A DNA stretch of 64,000 nt from an uncultured archaeon (GTDB lineage: Archaea; Thermoplasmatota; Thermoplasmata; Thermoplasmatales; Thermoplasmataceae). The notes beneath the pieces are model-generated. The model did not search any database, had not been told where the DNA came from, and saw nothing but the letters and a program-made list of their open reading frames with translations. Positions 1 through 10,080 of the stretch are shown here, in pieces. Each line of letters begins with the position of its first letter. Within the stretch, counting starts at the first letter, position 1. The position numbers and the translations under genes were made by a program. The stretch covers positions 1,056,001 to 1,120,000 of the forward strand of contig CP009479.1 of the NCBI GenBank assembly GCA_000965745.1, in the 5' to 3' direction.

Positions 1-101
1 TCTCCGCCCCTTCTGTCATAAACGGGCAACATCTCTTTCCTGAGTTTACCATCAAGTCCGGACCTTGTTCCAAGGCCTGCTGCGGTTATGACTGCTTTCA
101 T
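1..101 (-). CDS. Sugar-phosphate nucleotidyltransferase (GalU/RmlA-like), N-terminus only; runs off the window
   Basis: Manual minus-strand translation from ATG at 101: MKAVITAAGLGTRSGLDGKLRKEMLPVYDR, matching the AAGxGTR...KEMLP NTP-transferase signature. Confidence 0.8.
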   Translation of the reverse strand, partial: MKAVITAAGLGTRSGLDGKLRKEMLPVYDRRGG

Positions 102-297
102 TTTAACGTTGGAATATCGCCTGACGTGGTTAATACTTTATGGGCTCACTTTTAAAGTGTTCCAGGGTAAGCCTACCATCAGGGCCGGGAAAATAATGCT
201 TATTCTGCGGGGGAGTATCCGGAAGATTTTGGCTCACAGCGAAAAGACACTTGCTCCGGGGCGAAACCAATAATATACTCGTGCACAATTACTGAGC

Positions 298-1560
298 ATG
301 CCCGAAGCCCATCCGGACTTTTTCACCATGGACGACTTTGATCTCGAGGGTAAGACCGTTTTTGTACGCATAGATGTAAACTCCCCCATACACCCGGAAA
401 CAAAGGAAGTACTCGGCAACAGCAGGTTTAAATCACATCTCGAGACAATAAACGCCCTCAGAAACTCTAAGGTCGTGCTTATAACACACCAAAGCAGGCC
501 GGGAACATATGACTTTACAACAACGAGGCAGCACGCAGCCGTATTGAGGCGCCTCACTGGAAGGGATGTGAAGTATGTGGACGCCCTCTTCGGAAAAAAT
601 GTTGAAGAAGAGGTAAGGGGGATGAGCAAGGGCGACATCATAATGCTTGAAAACAGCAGATTCTACTCCGAGGAGACCGCGATCGATCCTTCTGACCTGG
701 ACGCAATGATGACAAGCAACATTGTCGAGAAGCTGTCCCCCCTCATGGATTATTACATCATAGACGCCTTTCCGGCGATACACAGGTCCCAGACCACTCT
801 GGTGGGGTTCTGCAAAGCCGTCCCGAACATCGCAGGCAAGCTTATAGAGAAGGAAATCTCCATGCTGGAGAAATTCAGGTCCGGAACTGACCACCCCAAA
901 ATTGCAATTCTCGGTGGATCAAAGATTGAAGACTCGATTACAGTCTCCAAGAGCTTTCTTGAGAAAGGCATAGTTGACACAATCATCACAGGCGGAGTGG
1001 TGGGAAACGCCTTTCTATGGGCCAGCGGCATCGACATTGGAAAGAAGAACCGGGACTTCATTCTCAAGAACAACAAGAATCATGAGAAGCTGCTTGATAC
1101 CGCCAAATTCCTGGTGAGTAAGTACAGGGACAGGATATTGGTGCCACAGGATGTGGTCCTGAACCCCTCTGGAAAAAGGGTCAAGATAGGTGAAAACGGA
1201 GTTGACGGGGAGATCATGGCCGATATAGGGCTCGACACAGTTGTAGTGTATTCGGAGGCCATAATGAACTCCAAAGCCATTTTCATGAACGGCCCGATGG
1301 GTATGTACGAACTGGACAGGTATTCGGTCGGCACCAGGGAGATAATGAGCTTTGTGGCCAGGACCAACGCACTCAAGATAGTGGGCGGAGGGCATACCCT
1401 CGGTGCCCTGGAAAAGCTTGACATGCTTCACAAGATCGACCATGCATCATCCGGGGGAGGTTCCCTGATAAGCTATTTATCGGGCGAACCAATGCCAGTG
1501 ATAGAAGCTCTGAAGAGGAGCAAATCACACTTCAAGGGGAATTTAGATGGCAGAAGATGA
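298..1560 (+). CDS. pgk: Phosphoglycerate kinase
   Basis: RIDVNSP, HQSRPG, LENSRF, DAFPAIHR, LGGSK, NGPMG, GGGHT and SSGGG motifs. Confidence 0.96.
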   Translation: MPEAHPDFFTMDDFDLEGKTVFVRIDVNSPIHPETKEVLGNSRFKSHLETINALRNSKVVLITHQSRPGTYDFTTTRQHAAVLRRLTGRDVKYVDALFGKNVEEEVRGMSKGDIIMLENSRFYSEETAIDPSDLDAMMTSNIVEKLSPLMDYYIIDAFPAIHRSQTTLVGFCKAVPNIAGKLIEKEISMLEKFRSGTDHPKIAILGGSKIEDSITVSKSFLEKGIVDTIITGGVVGNAFLWASGIDIGKKNRDFILKNNKNHEKLLDTAKFLVSKYRDRILVPQDVVLNPSGKRVKIGENGVDGEIMADIGLDTVVVYSEAIMNSKAIFMNGPMGMYELDRYSVGTREIMSFVARTNALKIVGGGHTLGALEKLDMLHKIDHASSGGGSLISYLSGEPMPVIEALKRSKSHFKGNLDGRR

Positions 1561-1969
1561 ACAACAGCAATATGATCCAATGTATGAGATAAACTATATG
1601 CGCTCCCTGCTCGAATCCATCGACAACCAGATGAACACTCTTAGCAGGGGTCTGGAAGAATTGAAGAGGGCATTCTACGTCCTGAAGGACCAGAATATTG
1701 AAACATCCCCGGAAACACGCGTTTCCATAGGTGCAGGAATATTTGCCAATGCGAAGGTCGAGACTGAAAAGGACCTTCTTGTGCCGATAGGCTCCAGCAT
1801 TTATGTTGAGGAAAACAAGGACAAGACCATAGAAAGGCTCGACAACAACATAAAAGAGGTTGAAAACTCACTTACAGGCATGGGCAACCAGAGGGCTGAG
1901 ATTTCAAATAGGTACCAGACCCTTCTGTCCCTGGTTCAGCAGCAGGGTTCAGGGGAAGATCAGGAATAG
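1547..1969 (+). CDS. pfdA: Prefoldin alpha subunit
   Basis: Coiled coils flanking two beta hairpins (VSIGAGIF, LVPIGSSIYVE); pfdA-ftsY gene order is conserved in archaea. Confidence 0.9.
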   Translation: MAEDEQQQYDPMYEINYMRSLLESIDNQMNTLSRGLEELKRAFYVLKDQNIETSPETRVSIGAGIFANAKVETEKDLLVPIGSSIYVEENKDKTIERLDNNIKEVENSLTGMGNQRAEISNRYQTLLSLVQQQGSGEDQE

Positions 1970-1976
1970 TCTCAAT

Positions 1977-2852
1977 ATGTTTGACCGCTTCAAGAAGAGG
2001 GTAAAAGAATCATTTCCAGAGGATGAAACGCCTTCGGTTATCAGAAAGGATGAACTTGAGGACAAGGTAAGAAACATACTTCTTGAAGCGGACGTGTCAT
2101 ACGACTCGGCCGGGAAAATTGTTGAAATGTTCAGAGATCGGCTGGGAAAAGTAAAGAAGAAGATAGATTACCAGCTAGTGCTTGAAGAGCTGAAGGAAAC
2201 AATAAGGGAGGTTCTTTCAGCTCAGGACTCGGACCTGGACTTTCTTTCCCCCGGAAAATCACCCTATGTCGTACTGTTCCTGGGAATAAACGGCACGGGA
2301 AAAACAACCACTGTGGCCAAGCTTGCCACCTACGTGAAGAAGAACGGCAAGAGGGTGGTGCTCGCAGCCTCAGATACATTCCGTGCGGGTGCGATTGAAC
2401 AGCTTACCCAGCTGGGGGAGAACATCGGCGTAAACGTCATAAAACACGTGGCAAAGAGCGACCCTTCTTCTGTGGCATACGACGCAATAGAACACGCCAG
2501 GGCAAGGAACCTGGACTATGTGCTGATAGACTCTGCGGGCAGAATGCAGACCAACAGGAACCTGATAGATGAGATGAAGAAGATCAAAAGGGTGTCGAAA
2601 CCCGATCTCACAGTTCTTGTTCTGGACTCGATGATCGGGCAGGATGCGGTGCATCAGGCAGAGACATTCATGAAGGAGACTCCATTTGACGGGATAATTC
2701 TCACAAAACTTGACACAGACGCCAGGGGAGGGGCAATCATCACCATAGCACTGGAACTGGAGAAACCGATCTATTTTGTAGGCATTGGCCAGAAAATGGA
2801 CGACATAATTCCCTTCGACGTTGAATGGTATCTGGATAAAATAATTCCCTGA
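1977..2852 (+). CDS. ftsY: SRP receptor FtsY (NG domain)
   Basis: GINGTGKTT, DTFRAGA, DSAGR, TKLD and GIGQ motifs; start taken at ATG 1977 (MFDRFKK). Confidence 0.95.
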   Translation: MFDRFKKRVKESFPEDETPSVIRKDELEDKVRNILLEADVSYDSAGKIVEMFRDRLGKVKKKIDYQLVLEELKETIREVLSAQDSDLDFLSPGKSPYVVLFLGINGTGKTTTVAKLATYVKKNGKRVVLAASDTFRAGAIEQLTQLGENIGVNVIKHVAKSDPSSVAYDAIEHARARNLDYVLIDSAGRMQTNRNLIDEMKKIKRVSKPDLTVLVLDSMIGQDAVHQAETFMKETPFDGIILTKLDTDARGGAIITIALELEKPIYFVGIGQKMDDIIPFDVEWYLDKIIP

Positions 2853-3527
2853 TCACTTCAGGGAAGACATCACTTCAATTATTTTCTTCACGTTCAGGTC
2901 AGTATTTATCAGGGGTATGTTCTCAATGTTTGCAAGCTTGACTGCGAGGTCATCCACCCTGTCAGGCTGTATGTAAACCACCGCCGCGGGCTTTAGTGGA
3001 TGCACTCTTATGGCTATCATCGGGCTTCGTCCAAGCTTAACTTCAGTGAAGAATATGATTCTCTGGCTCGACCAGCCATATAGAATGTTGTATTCAGAGT
3101 ATGAGAATGAGAGTATTCCCTTGATTCCATCGACAATGGTGTAACCTCTCACAGAACGGTTCAGGCCGGACGAGGAAACATTGGTTCCGCTGATCAGCCT
3201 TACGACACGCTCCAGGGGCACATCGTGATCGTAGTCTGTAATGTCTATAATAGCGTCAGATGGCATTCCGCTGTTGTACCTTCTAAGGATCTGGCCTCCC
3301 CTTGAACGGTCAATTTCAACAAACGATTCAACAATCCTCTTTACTGAACTGACACCAGGAGACTTCCTCCTTCCAGATTCATAGTCACTTATAACAGATG
3401 GCGATATTCCCAGGTGCTTGGAAAGCTCAAGCTGTGATATCTTGAATTCCTCCCTCCATTTCCTCAGGGTTTCTCCGGGGCTATCGGAAATGGTAATCTC
3501 TCCAGCGATCTTTTCTTCAATTTCCAT
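2853..3527 (-). CDS. Conserved archaeal XRE-type HTH transcriptional regulator with a C-terminal DRTGG-like domain
   Basis: LRKWREEFKISQLELSKHLGISPSVISDYESGRRKSPG HTH; GRSPMIAIRV motif. Confidence 0.85.
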   Translation of the reverse strand: MEIEEKIAGEITISDSPGETLRKWREEFKISQLELSKHLGISPSVISDYESGRRKSPGVSSVKRIVESFVEIDRSRGGQILRRYNSGMPSDAIIDITDYDHDVPLERVVRLISGTNVSSSGLNRSVRGYTIVDGIKGILSFSYSEYNILYGWSSQRIIFFTEVKLGRSPMIAIRVHPLKPAAVVYIQPDRVDDLAVKLANIENIPLINTDLNVKKIIEVMSSLK

Positions 3528-3594
3528 CTAACCCGATAACTGATAGGTTAGTATAAATCTGTCGAAGTGCATATCGCTGAAAGTCGTATTTATC

Positions 3595-5226
3595 CTATAT
3601 CTTTATCTCCCTCTTCAGGCCCATTATTCTTTTGGAGAATATCCTGCGGTCCATCTCCTTGAGGTCATTGGATATCTTTGGCCTGAAATCCATCCTCCCT
3701 GTTATGTCTCTGTCTATATCAACGCCCGGTGCATATTCAACAAGCTCTATGCCGTTGTAAACGAGCTTGAAAACTGCCCTTTCGGTTACGTAAAGTACTT
3801 CTTTGTTATTTTTCATGGCCTGGGTGCCGCTGAACAGGACTTTATATACCCCACTGACAAACTTGGTAATTTCACCATCCTCACTGATCACAAGCTTCCC
3901 GTTTCTTACTTTAATGTTACTCTTCCCCGCGGTAAAACCTCCGGAGAAGAATATTCTGGGGGCACCAGCACAAATTGCCGGGAAGCCCCCGGGCCCGGGC
4001 ATCCTGTCTGCAAGTATTGAGGGATTGACATCACCATCGGTGTCGATCTCCATGAACCCCAGAGCTGCCATGTCATTTATTCCACCTTCATAGATGATGA
4101 ACTGGTCAGGCATGGGGATTGCCGCAAATGGCCCAATCGACGCGCCGAAATTCTCATCCGCAAGGGGTATTCCCCCCCACAGTCCAGACTCGATGGTAGA
4201 GTACGTAAGCTCAGACAGGCCTTCCTGGTGAAGTATGCCCGGCATTGCCGAGGGTATACCGACTCCGAGGCTCATTACAATGGGCCTTCCCATCTTGTTT
4301 ATGAGTTTCACTATTTCCAGTGCAAGCCTCCTTTCAATCACATTCCTGTATGTGACCTCCCCCTTGACTCCACCTTCCTGCGACTCCGGCGGGATCACTG
4401 CTCCCGAAATTCTCGGATCGTACTCCTTGGCGGCGGTCTGCCACTCAAAACTTTCAGGGGATACAACCGCATAATCAAGAATAGGCCCCGGTATCTCCAC
4501 ATTCTTTGCATTGAGAGAACCGAACCTTGCAACACGCTTCACCTGGGCAAATGATATTCCGGGGTTTGGATATGCCTTGGCCGACTGGGTCATGTTAAGA
4601 ACAGTGCCGAAGATGCTTTCATTTTCCATGGTTATGTTTCCAATCTCATCAGCGGTAGTTCCCCTCACAAGTGAGACATCGGGCTTTGGGGCCCGGTAAA
4701 GGAGAAATTCCTCGCCATTGACTGTTACCAGCTGAGAATAACATCTGGATGCCTTCCTTGCCTTGTCGTTCATGGCGCCCTTGTCCTCTCTTGGGTCCAG
4801 GTATGTTCCAAGGCCGGTCTTCGTCATGATTCCGGGTCTTCCTGCAGCTACTTCTCTGAACCATCCCACAACTGTACCTATGCTGAAGCTGTATGTTTCC
4901 AACCTGTCCTCAACACACAGTCTCTGGAGCCATGGCGCGAAACCCATGTACGGAATGAGTATCCCTTTCATGAAATCGCTGTCATCTTCCCTGTAGAGTT
5001 TTTCAGAAACATAATCTATGGCCCTGCCGGGGACTCCGGGGAGGCTGTCTGCGATCACAAACAGGTCCTTCGGGTGCCCGGTTTTTTTATAGTGCTCATA
5101 GAGCTTTATAATGAGATATTCGGGCGTGGTTGCCATGTTGAATCCCGAAATGGCAATGTTGGACCCATCCTTTATCTGGTCAAACGAGTCAAAAACCTCT
5201 TTTTCCGAGTAAAGTAGTCTGGCCAT
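3595..5226 (-). CDS. Acyl-CoA:acetate CoA-transferase (YdiF/Pct-like, fused alpha-beta)
   Basis: GLGTYLDPR, RGTTADEIGNITME, LGVGIP, ESG catalytic Glu, GPGGF, YVTERAVF. Confidence 0.9.
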   Translation of the reverse strand: MARLLYSEKEVFDSFDQIKDGSNIAISGFNMATTPEYLIIKLYEHYKKTGHPKDLFVIADSLPGVPGRAIDYVSEKLYREDDSDFMKGILIPYMGFAPWLQRLCVEDRLETYSFSIGTVVGWFREVAAGRPGIMTKTGLGTYLDPREDKGAMNDKARKASRCYSQLVTVNGEEFLLYRAPKPDVSLVRGTTADEIGNITMENESIFGTVLNMTQSAKAYPNPGISFAQVKRVARFGSLNAKNVEIPGPILDYAVVSPESFEWQTAAKEYDPRISGAVIPPESQEGGVKGEVTYRNVIERRLALEIVKLINKMGRPIVMSLGVGIPSAMPGILHQEGLSELTYSTIESGLWGGIPLADENFGASIGPFAAIPMPDQFIIYEGGINDMAALGFMEIDTDGDVNPSILADRMPGPGGFPAICAGAPRIFFSGGFTAGKSNIKVRNGKLVISEDGEITKFVSGVYKVLFSGTQAMKNNKEVLYVTERAVFKLVYNGIELVEYAPGVDIDRDITGRMDFRPKISNDLKEMDRRIFSKRIMGLKREIKI

Positions 5227-5504
5227 ACCATATGTAATCAGCAGTTTACTTATAAATACCATTCCACACCTGTAATAAGCCGTATACTCATGAGCACGTG
5301 TAATACAGTGTCAAGACACTATTTAAGGGCCTTATGGAATGGAAGACTATATATATCTGGACTGGATGTATAGATGTCCTCAAAGTGGACATGTGATATT
5401 TTGGGAAAGAAGCCAGACAGTGGTTTATTTTGAAGAAAAGACAGATATAAAGGCTGTAGCTACGAAAAACAAGTCGAAAGGGGCTCTCGGTTCTTTCAAG
5501 AACG

Positions 5505-6032
5505 GTGGTCTATTTTAGGGCAAAGAAAGCCCTGACAAGTCACGGCCAGTCTTGCCTGAGTGAAAGCCTCCTCTCCTATCTTGTCCTGCCTGATGGGGTC
5601 AGATTCATCTCGTCGGATGATATGGGCAAGGAATTCAAAACTGGGGAAGACCTGATGGATCGTTATGATCTCTCATACTATTACAGGAGATCTCTTGAAC
5701 CCGGAACAATCGTGATGGTCCTGGAGCATAATCAGGAGGTCGCTGGGCTTAGCCTGCTGGTCGTCGATGACAATACATTGACCATCGAGATGCTCGCCAA
5801 GAACATGAATGTCAAGAGATCGGGTGTTGGCGCAGAAATACTTGGGTGCATTGAGGAAACCATAGCTGACCAGCTAATGGTAAATGAGATCCGGCTGGAA
5901 TCACTGAACAGAAAGAAACTCCTGAACTTCTACAACCGGATGGGGTTCATCAGTTACGGGCCGCCATCTCTTGATCGTGAATGGGGGATAATCTTTCCAA
6001 TGAGAAAGAGAATAGTTTCCCTTGAGAACTGA
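5505..6032 (+). CDS. GNAT-family N-acetyltransferase (start uncertain, possibly ATG 5622)
   Basis: RSGVGAEIL acetyl-CoA motif A; LLNFYNRMGF motif B. Confidence 0.7.
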   Translation: MVYFRAKKALTSHGQSCLSESLLSYLVLPDGVRFISSDDMGKEFKTGEDLMDRYDLSYYYRRSLEPGTIVMVLEHNQEVAGLSLLVVDDNTLTIEMLAKNMNVKRSGVGAEILGCIEETIADQLMVNEIRLESLNRKKLLNFYNRMGFISYGPPSLDREWGIIFPMRKRIVSLEN

Positions 6033-6224
6033 AAGCGGCTCAATTTTTTTTCACTTCGCTTTTTAAAATCATTTGAAAAACCAGGAAAAATTCTGTTACT
6101 TATATCCAGAGATAACTATTTCACTATAGCTTACATTACCCGTTACTCTGGCGGAACACATCTTAGAGAAGACATGACCTGCCTCCTCCCGTCTCTGTCA
6201 CTGTAATATGCAAGTGTGATACAG

Positions 6225-7670
6225 ATGGATTACAAGTGGGTTGCACTGAGCAACACTACTCTCGGGGTATTGATGGCCTCTCTGGACATCAACATCGTTC
6301 TTATAGCACTCCCCAGCATCGGTGCTGATCTTAAGGGAATGAATGCTTTCAACGTCCTGTGGGTGATTCTCGGGTATCAGCTCGTGATCGCTTCTGTACT
6401 TGTGAATTTCGGCCGCCTTTCCGATATGTTCGGAAGGGTGAAATTATACACTCTCGGTTTTGCACTTTTCACCATAGGTTCCGGTTTATGCAGCATCTCG
6501 ACCACCGCAGACCAGTTGATTGCTTTCAGGGTGGTCCAGGCAACAGGATCGGCATTTCTCTTTTCAAACAGCGCAGCAATAATAACAGATGCGTTCCCGA
6601 CCCAGGAAAGGGGAAGGGCACTTGGAATCAATCAGGTGTCGATCGTTGCCGGATCTGTTGCTGGACTCGTCCTCGGAGGGGCACTTACAACAATCATAGG
6701 GTGGCGGGCAATATTCTGGGTTAACCTTCCAATTGGAATTTTTGCCACACTATGGTCACACTTCAAGCTCAAGGAACTGGCCAAGATACCCACGGAACAC
6801 AAGCTCGACATAGGCGGCAATCTGACTTTCGCATTTGGCCTCCTGACGCTTCTTCTGGCAGTCACCCTGAATGCGATTCTTGGCCTCGGCACATTTCTTA
6901 CTGTTATTTTCCTTCTGGTATCACTGGCCTTCTTCATGACCTTCATAAGAATTGAAAGGAGGGTAAAGAGCCCGATGTTTGACCTGGACCTGTTCAAGAA
7001 CAGGGTATTCACTTCCGGAAACGAGACAATATTCCTCAACGCATTGGCACGGGGCTCATTCTCACTGGTAATGGTATTCTATCTTCAGGGGCCCCTCATG
7101 CGCCTGTCTCCGCTCGCAGCCGGCCTTTTTCTTATCCCGCTTTCTGTGTCACTGTCCGTGATGGGTCCCATAAGCGGCGCACTTTCAGACAGGTACGGCT
7201 TCAGGCCGCTGGTCCTCATAGGCCTCGCCATGTCTGCAGTAGGCTTCATTATCATGACCGGGATCGGGGAGTCCGTGACTCAGCGGGAGATCCTGCTTCC
7301 TCTGATACTAATAGGCGGTGGCATCGGGATTTTCGCATCGCCAAACAGGTCCTCAATCATGAATTCGGTTCCATGGTACAGGAGGGGTGTGGCTTCAGGA
7401 ATAAGCACAACACTAATAAATGCAGGAAACACGATGAGTATAGGCCTGGCCTTTCTGTTCATGAGCCTTGTTACCCCGAAATACATTCTTGATCTGATAT
7501 TCTCAGGGATGCCGGTTTCCCAGACCTCATTTTCACCTGCAAATTTCCTGATATCAGTTCACATAGTATTCTACGCTTCCGCTGCAATGCTGTTTCTAGC
7601 CATCCTGATATACGCCATAGGGCCAAAGCACGCCTCTCCAAAAGATACGGCAAAGGCCAAAATCTCTTGA
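6225..7670 (+). CDS. MFS transporter, DHA2/EmrB-like 14-TM
   Basis: MASLDINIVLIALP, GRLSDMFGR, ERGRALG, GWRAIFWVNLPIG motifs. Confidence 0.9.
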   Translation: MDYKWVALSNTTLGVLMASLDINIVLIALPSIGADLKGMNAFNVLWVILGYQLVIASVLVNFGRLSDMFGRVKLYTLGFALFTIGSGLCSISTTADQLIAFRVVQATGSAFLFSNSAAIITDAFPTQERGRALGINQVSIVAGSVAGLVLGGALTTIIGWRAIFWVNLPIGIFATLWSHFKLKELAKIPTEHKLDIGGNLTFAFGLLTLLLAVTLNAILGLGTFLTVIFLLVSLAFFMTFIRIERRVKSPMFDLDLFKNRVFTSGNETIFLNALARGSFSLVMVFYLQGPLMRLSPLAAGLFLIPLSVSLSVMGPISGALSDRYGFRPLVLIGLAMSAVGFIIMTGIGESVTQREILLPLILIGGGIGIFASPNRSSIMNSVPWYRRGVASGISTTLINAGNTMSIGLAFLFMSLVTPKYILDLIFSGMPVSQTSFSPANFLISVHIVFYASAAMLFLAILIYAIGPKHASPKDTAKAKIS

Positions 7671-7860
7671 AATATGAGTGGTAGTCAACGGGGCGGGGTC
7701 TCTCCTGCAAAATTAGCTGGAAACTCTCAAAAAATTTATAAGTAATATATCTCCATGATCTGATGAGTGCGCCTGGCATTATATCCGATGTGGGCAGAAG
7801 GCTAGCATTAAAATGGAAAGTGTGCCATAGCGCGGAGCAGTTCTGCCTTTAAATAGTTAT

Positions 7861-8427
7861 ATGGTGATTAAAATGAACAACAGGAAGAAAGTTGCCATAT
7901 TCATGGCACTCGCGATCGTTGCCGGTTTTTCGTCCTTTGAATTCTACACTTCACCTTCTGTCACAGGGGAAGTATGGAAACAGAACCTTGAAAATTATGA
8001 CTTGCTTTCAGCAACCAACACCTCCACGGAAGTGAACCTGACCCAATCAAACCAGGAGATCACGGCCGGATTTTACGTTGATGCAAAGAAGGCCCCATGG
8101 AATGAGAACGACTCGTTCTATATGACAATCTACGTGGTCAAGTTCAACCAGAGCGTTTCATTTCCATATACTGACGCAACAGCTGTGGTTGGCAATGTAA
8201 GTGTGCAGGCAAACGGCACGGTTGAAAAAGTACATGACGCGGGAGTCGGAATCAGGCAGGTCCGGAATTCTTCAGTTATTGCACATTATTTTCTGGTCGA
8301 ACCTCAAAAAACGACTGGCCCGGCGGGCGTTACAGTCTCCTTTGACATACACAGCGTCTTATTCTCTGGCATTTATTATTTCCCAGGTCCGGCAAAACAT
8401 GTCAGCGAGAGTTTCCACCTTTCATGA
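7861..8427 (+). CDS. Hypothetical membrane-anchored or secreted protein
   Basis: Basic N-terminus plus hydrophobic helix; beta-rich with many N-x-S/T sequons. Confidence 0.7.
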   Translation: MVIKMNNRKKVAIFMALAIVAGFSSFEFYTSPSVTGEVWKQNLENYDLLSATNTSTEVNLTQSNQEITAGFYVDAKKAPWNENDSFYMTIYVVKFNQSVSFPYTDATAVVGNVSVQANGTVEKVHDAGVGIRQVRNSSVIAHYFLVEPQKTTGPAGVTVSFDIHSVLFSGIYYFPGPAKHVSESFHLS

Positions 8428-8484
8428 AACAGGCTCTTAGGAGCATAAAATATTAACTAACCCGGTCTATGCTACAACAGGGGT

Positions 8485-9381
8485 ATGAAACCTTTAATAA
8501 AGTGGGCCGGAGGCAAAAGGCAGATTCTGCCGAAAATTGTGGATTTACTTCCTGAACAGTGGAACCGTTATTTCGAGCCATTTGCAGGAGGCCTTGCTCT
8601 TCTGGTTGAACTTCACAATACCGGGAAGCTAGGAAGCGCTGTAATATCCGAAACCAACCCGGAGCTCTACAATCTATACATGACCGTGAAGGAGAACCCG
8701 CTCGGCCTTTCAGAAACTATCGAAAGACTTGATTTCAGGAACGACGAGCATTTTTACTACAGCACAAGAGTAATGTTCAACAGACTAATCGGTTCTGAAG
8801 ATCATACTTTGGAGAGAGCTGCACTCTTCCTCTATTTCAACAGGCACGGGTATAACGGCCTCTGGAGGGTTAACAGGAAAGGAAAATTCAATGTGCCTTT
8901 CGGAAGATATTCGAGTCCCAAGATTCCAGTATCGCATGATATTCAGGAATTCAGTAAACTGCTGAAAAATGTCAGGATTCTCAGGGAAGACTTTCAATCA
9001 GCCATAGAGGATGTCGAGGTTGACGATATGGTTTATTTTGATCCTCCATATTTTCCTGTATCACGGACCTCAAACTTCACTGACTACACTGAATCCGGAT
9101 TTGGGCTTTCCGACCAGATTAGGCTTCTTAAGACCTGTCAAGCATTGGAACGGGAAGGAAAAAGATTCCTGTTGAGCAATTCTTGTTCTGATAAGATTGT
9201 CGAACTATTCGGAGAATTCAATATCATGAAGATCAGGGCCAGAAGGAGCATAAATAGCAACTCCCTCAGGAGAAGCGGACACTTCGAACTCATCATCTCT
9301 AATTTAAACCTGGAAAATAAAGCACAAGAGCCGGCTATGACAAACACAGCAGTAGAAAAGACACGCAACTCAACAGCCTGA
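8485..9381 (+). CDS. dam: Dam-family DNA adenine methyltransferase (D12 class)
   Basis: KWAGGK, YFEPFAGG, FNVPFGRY, YFDPPY and LSNS motifs. Confidence 0.9.
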   Translation: MKPLIKWAGGKRQILPKIVDLLPEQWNRYFEPFAGGLALLVELHNTGKLGSAVISETNPELYNLYMTVKENPLGLSETIERLDFRNDEHFYYSTRVMFNRLIGSEDHTLERAALFLYFNRHGYNGLWRVNRKGKFNVPFGRYSSPKIPVSHDIQEFSKLLKNVRILREDFQSAIEDVEVDDMVYFDPPYFPVSRTSNFTDYTESGFGLSDQIRLLKTCQALEREGKRFLLSNSCSDKIVELFGEFNIMKIRARRSINSNSLRRSGHFELIISNLNLENKAQEPAMTNTAVEKTRNSTA

Positions 9382-9430
9382 GGGACAAACAGGAAGTGTG
9401 CCCGGTGATTTTGAGGCGCTTCTTCATTGC

Positions 9431-9574
9431 CTACTCCCGTCCAGGATCTGATAGGAGGAAAAACTTTCTATACTTCTTCAGGAGATCCAGACTCTTCCAG
9501 AAGTTACCAGTGAGAATCTCCCTGCAGTCATTCGTCCTGCATATGCATCTGAATTCCCATGGTTCATGGCCATT
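9431..9574 (-). pseudogene. Start-less remnant resembling the post-SET C-terminus of a SET-domain protein
   Basis: Manual translation NGHEPWEFRCICRTNDCREILTGNFWKSLDLLKKYRKFF with CxCx4C-R; in-frame TGA upstream and no start codon. Confidence 0.45.
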
Positions 9575-9979
9575 CTGATTAAGATATATCTTAGTATTGT
9601 AATGAGTCGGTCATGTGCAAAATCACTGTAAGGTTATAATGGTAAAAATATTGGTACACTGGTGAACAGGCCAAACTATGGTGATGTGATCATTCGATAT
9701 AGGGAAAAGAGGCACAAGGTTGAGTACTAAAACGATCACTGGATGATGATAGGCGGAATGAATGTAGGATCACACTGCAACATTGATATGGGAGAAGGAG
9801 TCAAAAAGAAGAAATTTATGTTGACACATAGGTAAAAAGCGACCTTGTAGCCTTCTGCCGGATCTTCTGATCCTTTGCCGAACCGTCTCAAGCAACCGAG
9901 GAGCGATGAGATTTCACGATTTTTCAGGAAACTTTGAGATAGGTAAATGAAAATAGCCCAAATTTGCACAATCAAGTAA

Positions 9980-10059
9980 CGCCGGGGGAGAGATTCGAAC
10001 TCCCGATCCACAAGGGAACCAGATCTCAAGTCTGGCGCGTACCACTGGGCCACCCCGGC
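9980..10059 (-). tRNA. tRNA-Ser(TGA)
   Basis: GCCGGGG/CCCCGGC acceptor stem, CCAGA-CT-TGA-GA-TCTGG anticodon arm, long variable arm, GGGAG-TTCGAAT-CTCTC T arm, discriminator G. Confidence 0.93.
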
Positions 10060-10080
10060 ACCAAAAAAATTGGAAAGAGA

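Noticed and set aside
7760-7825. Hammerhead ribozyme suggested by CTGATGAG
   Set aside because: No stem II closed by CGAAA and no consistent stems I and III
9630-9836. Plus-strand frame with one internal TAA (YNGKNIGTLVNRPNYG...)
   Set aside because: No recognisable homology or start context; it may be gene debris
5280-9980. att-bounded island at tRNA-Ser
   Set aside because: The content looks accessory, but I found no repeat of the tRNA-Ser 3' end and no integrase
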